A DNA stretch of 64,000 bases from Sporichthyaceae bacterium (GTDB taxonomy: Bacteria > Actinomycetota > Actinomycetes > Sporichthyales > Sporichthyaceae). Where the stretch lies: assembly GCA_052388275.1 (NCBI GenBank), contig JBQTII010000081.1, forward strand, positions 1,353 through 65,352. Direction: 5' to 3'. Both the position numbers and the translations under genes were made by a program. Position 1 is the stretch's first letter. The number at the start of each line of letters is the position of its first letter. Below, piece after piece: positions 8,855 to 17,100 of this stretch. The notes under the pieces were generated by a model, which saw only the letters and a program-made list of their open reading frames with translations, made no database searches and was not told the origin of the DNA.

Positions 8855-9604
8855 TCAGGCCGCCGTGGCCGGGATCGGGAACGAGAGCACCGGTGCCGTC
8901 GTCGGCTGCACTGCGCCACCCTGGCGTTCGATCGTCACGGCGAAGCTGGTGGCCTTGCCCGGTCCGGAGATCAACCGTGGCGCATGTCGGCCGTTCGACG
9001 GGGTGAAAGTCCCCACCGAGGTCGCGCCCTTGGCATTGATCAACCAGAGCTGGTAAGTCCGCTCGTCCGGCAGGTCACCGAGACCGCGGGAGACAAAGAC
9101 CATCCCGCCGTCCTGGCGGGACATGGTCAGCGACGCCACCGCGCCGCCGCCGGCCGTGGTCAAGGTCTGCGAGTCGTCGGCCGTCGCCAGCGCCGCGATC
9201 TGCGCACTCTCGCGGCGCAGGTCGGAATTCTCCTGGTGCAGCGCGGTCGCGTAGGCGCCCAGGCCGATGCTGAAGACGGCCAGACATGCCGCCACCGACA
9301 AGCTCGCCCGGCGAACTCGAGTTGAGCCGCGACGTGACTCGACATGCTCGGCCAGCGAAGCGAGCACCGGCGGCAACTGCCGCGTCGAGGCGATCTCGGC
9401 CATGACGTTGGCACGCAGGGCCGGCGGGGGAGTCTCGGACGCGGCAATGCCCAGCAGGGCCGCGGTCTCGGTGAGCTCGCGGACCTCCTGGCGGCAATGC
9501 GCGCAACGCTCCAGGTGGGTCTCGAACGAGGTCCGCTCGGCCCCGGCCAACGCGCCGCTGGCATAGACACCAGTCAGCATGTGCAGCTCGCTTCGCTCGC
9601 TCAT
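8855..9604 (-). CDS. rskA: Anti-sigma-K factor RskA-like (zf-HC2 N-terminus, one TM, extracytoplasmic RskA domain)
   Basis: HLERCAHCRQEV is a zf-HC2 motif. TM LSVAACLAVFSIGLGAYA. C-terminal YQLWLINAKGATSVGTF...SFAVTIE. Confidence 0.85.
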   Translation of the reverse strand: MSERSELHMLTGVYASGALAGAERTSFETHLERCAHCRQEVRELTETAALLGIAASETPPPALRANVMAEIASTRQLPPVLASLAEHVESRRGSTRVRRASLSVAACLAVFSIGLGAYATALHQENSDLRRESAQIAALATADDSQTLTTAGGGAVASLTMSRQDGGMVFVSRGLGDLPDERTYQLWLINAKGATSVGTFTPSNGRHAPRLISGPGKATSFAVTIERQGGAVQPTTAPVLSFPIPATAA

Positions 9605-9684
9605 GTCGAGTCTCCGCTTCGCATAAATGCCTGCTCGCGGAGCCTCGTCGTGTTCATGGCATGTGACTCGCTTCGCTCGCTCAT
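9601..9684 (-). CDS. 27-codon ORF between sigK and rskA (MSERSESHAMNTTRLREQAFMRSGDST)
   Basis: ATGA overlaps at both ends: sigK stop with ORF start at 9681-9684, and ORF stop with rskA start at 9601-9604. Its first ~9 codons duplicate the rskA start region. Confidence 0.3.
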   Translation of the reverse strand: MSERSESHAMNTTRLREQAFMRSGDST

Positions 9685-10298
9685 GCCGTCACCCCCAAAC
9701 AATCCCGCAAGCGAATGAGCCCGTCGCGCATCCGCGTCTTGATCGTGCCGAGGGGCACATCCAGCAGCTCCGCCACCTCGCGGTAGCTGTACCCCCCGTA
9801 ATACGCCAATCCCACCGACTCGCGCTGCAGTTCGGTCAAGGATCCGAGACAGCGGCGAACGGCCTCCCGCTCCAGCCTGGTCTCCACACCCTCGGCAACG
9901 ACGTCGTACTCCGCCTCGAAACTGCGACCGGCCAGCCGCTTCACTCGTTCGGCCGAGGACTGCTCCGATCGGACCCGGTCCACAGCCCGGCGATGCGCCA
10001 TCGTCATGATCCACGCCATGGCGCTGCCCTGCTTCTCGTCGAAGCGGGAGGCGGACTTCCAGACGTTGATCAGGACTTCCTGGGTGACTTCCTCGGATTG
10101 GGCGGGATCGCGCAACACCCGGCGCACGAGACCGTAGATCGGCCCCTGCGTGCGGGTGAACAGGGCCTCGAACGCACTCTCGTCGCCCTTGGCGACCTTG
10201 ACCATCAGATCCTCAAGCCGCTCCACCGGGGCGACCGGCTGCGCGGAGCCGACCGGCTGCGCCGAGCCGACCGTGCGCAGTGCTGGCCGTTCGCTCAT
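9681..10298 (-). CDS. sigK: ECF RNA polymerase sigma factor (SigK-like)
   Basis: Region 2 is VTQEVLINVWKSASRFDEKQGSAMAWIMTMAHRRAVDRVR. Region 4 is LTELQRESVGLAYYGGYSYREVAELLDVPLGTIKTRMRDGL. An RskA-type anti-sigma gene lies immediately downstream. Confidence 0.88.
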   Translation of the reverse strand: MSERPALRTVGSAQPVGSAQPVAPVERLEDLMVKVAKGDESAFEALFTRTQGPIYGLVRRVLRDPAQSEEVTQEVLINVWKSASRFDEKQGSAMAWIMTMAHRRAVDRVRSEQSSAERVKRLAGRSFEAEYDVVAEGVETRLEREAVRRCLGSLTELQRESVGLAYYGGYSYREVAELLDVPLGTIKTRMRDGLIRLRDCLGVTA

Positions 10299-10418
10299 CG
10301 TGCCCCTGACGCCGCCGGTGGGAAAGCTCCATCTCTCGTCATCAGGTTCGGCGCAGGCGCGGGCCGGGATTGGTCAGCTTCGCTCGAACTGTGAGGTCCC
10401 TCCCACCTGGTCAGGGCC

Positions 10419-11798
10419 TCAATCGCTGCCTGCTGCCCTGGCCAGGAACAGCTCGTACACCGCGTCGATTTGACCGATCTGGGCGGCGAACTGGGTCCGC
10501 AGCCGGGCGGCGACCTTGTCCGGTGCCAGGCGGCGCTCGCCCAGGGCTCCCAGGAACGCCCCGGCCCGGTCGGCGTAGGCGTCCATGTTGGACACAGCCA
10601 CAACCTGCGTTCTTTCATCGCCGCCGGCACGGCCCCGAAGGTAGTTGTCGACATCACGCAGGTGGACCCGCCAGGCAATGAGGAACTTGGCCTCCTTGGT
10701 CGGGTCGGAGATCAAGCGCAGCAACGCCGCCAGGTCCTTGCCGTTGTCGTCGACGCTCACGCTCGCCTGACGGTAGGGACGGGCCGTGAAGTCCGCCTGA
10801 CGATCGGTGCTGTAGGCAGCCAGCGTGGCCAAGGAGACCAGGTGGATGTGCTCGGCCAAGCGATAGGCCAAACCTGCCCGCAACGCTGCGGCCGGGGTGT
10901 CGGTGCTGTCCTGGAGCTCGCGCGCGCTCGCCACGCCCCGCACGATTCGGGTGGCGACCGGCTCTGCCGCGGCGGCGGCCGCTCGTAGCGAGGTGTAGCC
11001 GTCGACACTGCCGGCCTGCAATTCATCGATCGCCGTGAGCAGTGCATTGACGTAGCGCGTGAGGTCTCCGCGCAGGAATTTGGCGTTGAGAGCGCCGCCG
11101 GTGGCCGCGCGGAGGTACCGAGCCAGCGTGCCGGTGTAGACGGAGAGCTCACCGCGCGCTGTCCGCATGTCCAGGTCGACGTTGTCCTGGGCGGCTACGG
11201 CGTAGTCGAGGACGGCGGAGTTGTGGGCGCGCCAGCCGGCCAGGAAACCCTCGTCATCGCCCGCATCGCCGGCCGACTCGGCGGCGCTCGTGGGGTTCTT
11301 CGCGGCTGAACCTGGGGAGGCGCCTTGGCTGCCCTGCAGGGCTTCGGCGCCCAGGAACTTGTCCAGCGATCTCGCCTGGGCGTCCAGCGCGTCGATCGCC
11401 TGCGCCCGCTTGGGGCTGCGCGGTGGGGTCACCATTGCGGTCGTCACGGCCGCGCCGGTCAGGTAGACGTGGCTGATCAGCAGCGCGGTGAGCTCGGCGC
11501 GCAGCCGGGCGGCCGGGGAGTCGGCATCCCCATCGAGTTCAGCCTTGCGAGCGAAGGAGTCAGCCAACACAGCAGCGGTATCGGCTGCGGTGGTGGCGGC
11601 GTTGCGGGCACCGGCGAAGGGGTCCTGGTAGGCGCGCGCAGTGATCGCCAGATCCGGCCGAACCGCTTCCTCGGCGGCGACGGTGTCGGGGCCGGGAGTG
11701 GTGCTCCCGGCGTCGCCCGACCCACACCCGGCCAGAACGAGCACCAGCGCCAGAGCGCTGCTCCCACCGCTCAGGACCATCGCACGTCGAATCCGCAC
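10419..11798 (-). CDS. Lipoprotein of unknown function with two internal ~200-aa repeats
   Basis: Signal peptide plus lipobox LVLAGC. Ala-rich helical protein. Repeated blocks ARLRAELTALLISHVYL / ALRAGLAYRLAEHIHL and FLAGWRAHNSAV / FLIAWRVHLRDV. Confidence 0.7.
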   Translation of the reverse strand: MRIRRAMVLSGGSSALALVLVLAGCGSGDAGSTTPGPDTVAAEEAVRPDLAITARAYQDPFAGARNAATTAADTAAVLADSFARKAELDGDADSPAARLRAELTALLISHVYLTGAAVTTAMVTPPRSPKRAQAIDALDAQARSLDKFLGAEALQGSQGASPGSAAKNPTSAAESAGDAGDDEGFLAGWRAHNSAVLDYAVAAQDNVDLDMRTARGELSVYTGTLARYLRAATGGALNAKFLRGDLTRYVNALLTAIDELQAGSVDGYTSLRAAAAAAEPVATRIVRGVASARELQDSTDTPAAALRAGLAYRLAEHIHLVSLATLAAYSTDRQADFTARPYRQASVSVDDNGKDLAALLRLISDPTKEAKFLIAWRVHLRDVDNYLRGRAGGDERTQVVAVSNMDAYADRAGAFLGALGERRLAPDKVAARLRTQFAAQIGQIDAVYELFLARAAGSD

Positions 11799-11965
11799 TC
11801 GCGCTCACCCTCCTTCGTGCCGGCGCCCAATTCTGCCCCAGGACCGGCGCCGCATCGACGGACGCAGCCCCGAACGCCAGATACCCGCGCAGGGCACGGA
11901 TAAGGTTTCGTGGTTGACGCCGGAGCTGCGGAGCCCGGCGCGCGCGGGTGTGGGAGGTCGTCGGC

Positions 11966-12673
11966 GTGCTCTACCGGAGCATGAAGCTGACCATGGGTCC
12001 GATGATTCACCTGACCCACCGGCCCAAGGTCACCGGGCTCGCGCACGTCCCCACCAGCGGTCCGGCGATTCTCGCCGGCAACCACATCTCGTTCTCCGAC
12101 CACTTCTTCGTACCGCTGTTCATCCACCGCAAGATCATTTATCTGGCCAAAGGGGAGTACTTCACTCGCGGCGGCGTGCGCGGAAAGTTGATGAAGAGTT
12201 TCTTCGACGCCGTCGGGCAGAAGCCGGTGGATCGGGACAGCGGCCGTGCCGGGCTGGCCGCGATCGCCACCGCCGTCGAGGTGCTGGCCGAGGGTCACCT
12301 GTTGGGCATTTACCCCGAGGGCACTCGTTCCCCGGACGGGCGCCTCTACCGCGGCCGGGTCGGAGTCGCGCGACTGTGGCTGGAATCCGGGGCCCCCTTG
12401 CTGCCCTGCGCCGTGATCGGGACGGACCTGGTTCAACCCCCCGGGACGAAACTACCCAGACGCGCGCCGGTGACGGTCCGGTTCGGGCCGCCGATGGACG
12501 TCACTCGTTACGACGGGCGCAAGCGCGATGCGCTGTTGTTCCGCGAGATCACCGACGACATCATGCGGGAGATCGCGGCGCTGTCGGGCCAGGAGTATGT
12601 CAACGAGTACGCGAGCGATGTGAAGGAGCGCCTGGCCGCCGGCGGCGCAGACGGGCATCGACGCAGTCATTGA
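11966..12673 (+). CDS. 1-acyl-sn-glycerol-3-phosphate acyltransferase family
   Basis: NHISFSDH is the H-x4-D motif; YPEGTRSPDG is also present. GTG at 11966 is preceded by GGGAGG (11951-11956). Confidence 0.85.
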   Translation: MLYRSMKLTMGPMIHLTHRPKVTGLAHVPTSGPAILAGNHISFSDHFFVPLFIHRKIIYLAKGEYFTRGGVRGKLMKSFFDAVGQKPVDRDSGRAGLAAIATAVEVLAEGHLLGIYPEGTRSPDGRLYRGRVGVARLWLESGAPLLPCAVIGTDLVQPPGTKLPRRAPVTVRFGPPMDVTRYDGRKRDALLFREITDDIMREIAALSGQEYVNEYASDVKERLAAGGADGHRRSH

Positions 12674-12688
12674 TGGTGAGGAGACGGT

Positions 12689-13465
12689 ATGGACAAGGTG
12701 GTGGCCTCCGCGGCCGGGGCTGTGGCGGACATTCCCCACGGGGCCACGTTGGCCGTGGGCGGATTCGGCCTCTGCGGAATTCCGGCCGTACTGATCGACG
12801 CGCTGCTGTCCCAGGGCGCAGGCTCGCTTCGGGTCGCGAGCAACAACTGCGGCATCGACGGCCACGGGCTGGGAAAGCTGCTTGCCGCCGGCCGGATCGT
12901 ACGCGTCACCGCGTCCTACGTGGGGGAGAACAAGGAGTTCGCGCGCCAGTATCTGAGCGGTGAACTCGAGGTCGAGCTCACTCCACAGGGCACGCTCGCT
13001 GAGCGCCTGCGGGCCGGCGGCGTCGGCATCCCCGCGTTCTACACCCTGGCCGGCGTCGGGACCCAGATCGAGACCGGTGGACTGCCGTGGCGCTACGACA
13101 GCGACGGCAACGTCATCGTCGCCTCGCCACCCAAGCCGACCGCATCCTTCAACGTCGACGGAAGGGTGCAGACCTTCGTGCTCGAGGAGGCCTTCCGTGC
13201 CGATTACGCCCTGATCCGCGCCGCCAAGGGCGACCGGCACGGCAACCTGGTGTTCAACAAGTCCGCCCAGAACTTCAACCCACTCGCCGCGATGTCGGCC
13301 AAGGTGGCGATAGTCGAGGTCGAGGAACTGGTCGAGGTCGGCGAGCTGGACCCGGACCAGGTGCACCTGCCCGGGGTGTTCGTGCACCGGGTCGTGGAAC
13401 TGACGCCGGCTCAGGCCGCCGACAAGCAGGTCGAGAAGGCCACCACCCGCGAACGGAAGGTATGA
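12689..13465 (+). CDS. scoA: 3-oxoacid CoA-transferase subunit A
   Basis: GATLAVGGFGLCGIP...ASNNCG...ELTPQGTLAERLRAGGVGIPAFYT. Confidence 0.9.
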   Translation: MDKVVASAAGAVADIPHGATLAVGGFGLCGIPAVLIDALLSQGAGSLRVASNNCGIDGHGLGKLLAAGRIVRVTASYVGENKEFARQYLSGELEVELTPQGTLAERLRAGGVGIPAFYTLAGVGTQIETGGLPWRYDSDGNVIVASPPKPTASFNVDGRVQTFVLEEAFRADYALIRAAKGDRHGNLVFNKSAQNFNPLAAMSAKVAIVEVEELVEVGELDPDQVHLPGVFVHRVVELTPAQAADKQVEKATTRERKV

Positions 13466-14137
13466 GTGATGAGCCTTACCCGCGAACAGATGGCGGCCCG
13501 GGCCGCGGCCGAACTCCTCGACGGGTCCTACGTCAACCTCGGCATCGGCCTGCCGACCCTGGTACCGAACTATGTCGCCGAGGGCGTCGAGCTCCTCCTG
13601 CAGTCGGAGAACGGCATCCTGGGCACCGGGGCCTACCCGTACCCGGACGAGGTCGACCCGGACCTGATCAATGCCGGCAAGGAGACCGTCACCCTGCGTC
13701 CCGGGGCCTCCTTCTTCGATTCCGCGCTGAGTTTCGGCATGATCCGCGGCGGCAAGGTCGACGCCGCGATCTTGGGGGCGATGCAGGTGTCGGCTGCCGG
13801 CGACCTGGCGAACTGGATGATCCCCGGCAAGATGGTCAAGGGGATGGGCGGGGCGATGGATCTCGTGCACGGCGCCAAGCATGTGATTGTGCTGATGGAA
13901 CATGTCGCTCGCGACGGCACCTACAAGATCGTCAACGAGTGCTCGCTGCCCTACACCGGGCGCCAGGTCGTGCACCGGATCATCACCGACCTTGCCGTCA
14001 TGGACATCACCCCCCGTGGGCTACTGCTGCGCGAGCGGGCCCCCGGGGTCAGCGTCGAGGACATTCGAGTCGCCACCGAGCCCGACTTCGAGGTTGCGGC
14101 TGATCTGTGCGAGATCGCGATCCCCGTCGGAGTCTGA
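13466..14137 (+). CDS. scoB: 3-oxoacid CoA-transferase subunit B
   Basis: [12 protein letters not shown]...LQSENGILG..., [12 protein letters not shown]. Starts immediately after the scoA stop. Confidence 0.9.
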   Translation: MMSLTREQMAARAAAELLDGSYVNLGIGLPTLVPNYVAEGVELLLQSENGILGTGAYPYPDEVDPDLINAGKETVTLRPGASFFDSALSFGMIRGGKVDAAILGAMQVSAAGDLANWMIPGKMVKGMGGAMDLVHGAKHVIVLMEHVARDGTYKIVNECSLPYTGRQVVHRIITDLAVMDITPRGLLLRERAPGVSVEDIRVATEPDFEVAADLCEIAIPVGV

Positions 14138-14144
14138 CGCACCC

Positions 14145-17100
14145 TCAATACACGTCCCGGACGTAGCGCTTCTGAGTCGCCATGCTGCGGACATACTCCT
14201 CGGCGCGCTCACCTAGGCCGCCATGATCGCGCACGATCTCGATGAGTACGGCGTGTACGTCCTTGGCCATACGCCCGGCATCACCGCAGACGTACACGTG
14301 GGCGCCGGCATCCAGCCAACGCCAGAACTCAAGACCTGCCGCACGCATCAGATCCTGGACGTAGACCTTCTGGCGCTGGTCGCGGGAGAAGGCCAGAGAG
14401 AGCCGGGTCAGCAGACCACTGCTGTAGAACTCCTCGAGTTCGGCGCGGTAATAGAAATCGGTGGCGGCCCGCTGCTCACCGAAGAACAGCCAGTTGCGCC
14501 CGTGGTGACCTAACGCACGGCGTTCCTGCAAGAAGGCGCGAAACGGCGCGACGCCGGTGCCCGGACCGATCATGATCATCGGGGTTCGATTATCGGCCGG
14601 GGGGCGGAAGTGCGGGGAACGTTGCACGAATACCGGCACGGTCTCATTCGCGCAGCGGTCCGCGAGGTAGGTCGAACAGACCCCGTGGCGTGAGCGTCCG
14701 GAGTAGGCGTAGCGCACCGCGGAGACGGTGAGTTCGACCTCCACCGCAGACACTTTGGGGCTGCCCGAAATCGAGTACAGCCGCGGGGTCAGCCGCTTGA
14801 GGACCTCGAGCCATTCGGTGGGTTCGGCGCGGACCGGATACTCGGTGAGAAGATCCATCGACTGGCGCCCCCACAGCCACTGCTCAAGCGCGATCACGTT
14901 GTGGGGACGCAACAGGCGCGAGAGCTCGCGGTCCGGTTTGCGTTCGACGGCGAAGCGCAGCAGTGCCGGGGTGATGCGCACGATGTCGAGATGTTCCGTT
15001 GCCGCAGTCCGCAGATCGGTCGCGCCCACCCCGTCGATCTCGACGACCGCGCCGCCGTCCAGGCCGGTGACGGTGAGCCATTCCTGGACGACCGCGGCGT
15101 CGTTCTTGGGCCACACCCCGATGGCGTCGCCGGCCTCGTACTCACAGCCGGACTCGAGTGCGAACGCGAACTTGCGTACGTCCTTGACCGAGCCCGCGCC
15201 CGACAGCGCCTGGTTGGTGACCAGCCGCGTCGGCAGCGGGCGCTGGCGGGAAAACGGGCGCTGGGCGGCGCCGGTGTGGCCGTCGGGCACCTGCCGTCCG
15301 AAGGACTGGCTGCTATAGCCACCAGCTGTTCGGACGTCAGCGGAAGGTGCCTGGCGGACGTCCGAAGCAGTGGCTGCTATAGCGACCGGTGGCTCGGACG
15401 TTGCGGCGCGCGCGGGGAGCGGGGCGGGCGCGGGGTCCGGGGCGGCGGGGGGGAGCGGGGGGGCGGGGGGGTCCGGGTGGGTGGGTCGCAACACGTTGCG
15501 GATCTCGGTGAGCCAGTTCGCAGCGCGGGCCCGGTCTTCGACCTCCAGGTCGACCCGTGCGAGCAGGCGGGTGGCGCCCAGGGCCGCGAGGCGTTCGTCG
15601 AGTCTGCGGCCGTGGCCGCAGAAGTCGGCGTAGACGGGGTCACCGAAAGCCAGCACCGCAAACGAGGTGTCCGGTAGCTCGGGGGCGCCGGCGGCGCAGA
15701 GCGCGCCCCAGAAGGCGGCGCCGTTGTCCGGGGCGTCGCCGTCGCCGAAGGTGCTGGTCACGATCACCAGGTACGCAGCCTGGGCAATCGTGGCCACCTC
15801 CACCTCGTCCATCACCACGAGGTCCACCTGCAACCCGTCGCGACGAAGTAGCGCCGCGGCCCCGGTGGCGAAATCTTCGGCGTTGCCGGTCTGCGATGCC
15901 CAGGCGAGCAGTACCCGCTCACCGCCAGGTGACCTCATAGCCGGCGACGAGGCCGCACCCGCCGAGCCGGCCGGTGCAACGGGATCGGGTGAGCTCTGGC
16001 CACCCGATTCCAGGGGTGTTTCGCCGTGGCGGCGCTCATCCCCCATGACGGGGGCGGCCAGGGAGGTGAGCACACCATCCACCCACGCGCGAACCGGACC
16101 GGTGAAGGGGGCGTCAGGCGCGAGCATCGACGGAATCGAGCCTCCGCGTTCGACGGCCCAGAACAGGCCGGCGAGAAAATGCCGCTGTTGCTCGGTGAAG
16201 TCCGGGGTACCAAGCACTCCCAGGCCAAGCGCCGCGGCGACCGCGGCCAGCGGATAGTCCGATGTTCCGGAGGGTGTCGTTCCTTGTGCTGACGCAGCGT
16301 CACTACTAGCGGGCACCGGCAAGGAGGGAGCCTCGGTCGCCAAGGTCGTGCCGATGCGGCTCAGTGCGACCGCACAGTGCTTGAACTCGGGTTGAAAGGA
16401 GACCGGATCGACGGCGTCGCTGGTGACCACGTTGATGGCCAGGTCCATCCCGAACGCATCGCCCCAGTGGAAGGGCGCGAAACAGGTGCCCGGCAGGGTC
16501 CGCTCCTCCACCCGCGCCGGGAGCACCGCCCGACCACGTCGGGAGACGATCTCGACCGCGTCGCCATCGCCGATCCCGAGGTGGGCGGCGTCGGTGGGGT
16601 GGATCTCCACGAATGGGCCGGGATTGAGGCGGTTCAGCTTGGCTACCTTGCCGGTCTTGGTCATCGTGTGCCATTGATGTGCGAGCCGCCCGGTGGTGAG
16701 CACCAGCGGGTAGCTCTGATCGGGGGCCTCGGCCGGACCCAGGTGCGGGCGGGCGTGGAACACCGCACGCCCATTCGCCGTCGCGAACACCAGGCGCGGC
16801 CGATTGCCGTCGGCGTCGATCAGCTCACGGTGACTGGTGCCGTCATTCAGATAGCGGATCGGGTGGCGGGTGTCGGTGTCCCCGGGCGGGCTCGGCCATT
16901 GCACGGGGGAGGTGCGCAGCCGGTCGTAGGTGACGCCGCGGATGTCCCAGCCGGTAGCCGGGTTCGCGGCGCCGCGCAACTCGTCGAAGATCTGCTCGGC
17001 GCAGTCGTAATCGAAGGCGTCCCCAAAGCCGAGCCCGCGACCGACGCGGGCAATCAGATCCCAGTCCGCAAGCGCCTCGCCGGGCGGATCGGCGACGGCC

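Noticed and set aside
8684-9325. ORF whose N-terminus reads PAPTYPAPTYPAPLPP across the tandem repeat.
   Set aside because: The repeat-derived peptide is a by-product of the 15-bp microsatellite. The rest of the ORF is antisense to the well-supported rskA gene.
10299-10418. Search for a SigK-type autoregulatory promoter upstream of sigK.
   Set aside because: I could not identify a convincing -35/-10 pair matching any ECF consensus I can recall with confidence.
12452-13975. 507-aa ORF antisense to scoA/scoB. Similar long antisense or out-of-frame ORFs occur at 348-1169, 2860-3960, 3191-4288, 4619-5797, 24611-26686, 27484-28659, 29451-30386, 38186-38917, 43291-44763, 47640-50102, 49843-51360 and 61007-62203.
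   Set aside because: These are typical high-GC artefacts. Their translations are Arg/Gly/Pro/Ala-rich low complexity without motifs. They lie opposite, or out of frame with, genes that have clear family signatures.
14578-14600. GGGGTTCGATTATCGG, resembling a tRNA T-arm.
   Set aside because: It lies inside the nitrate reductase ORF. No acceptor stem or anticodon arm can be built around it.
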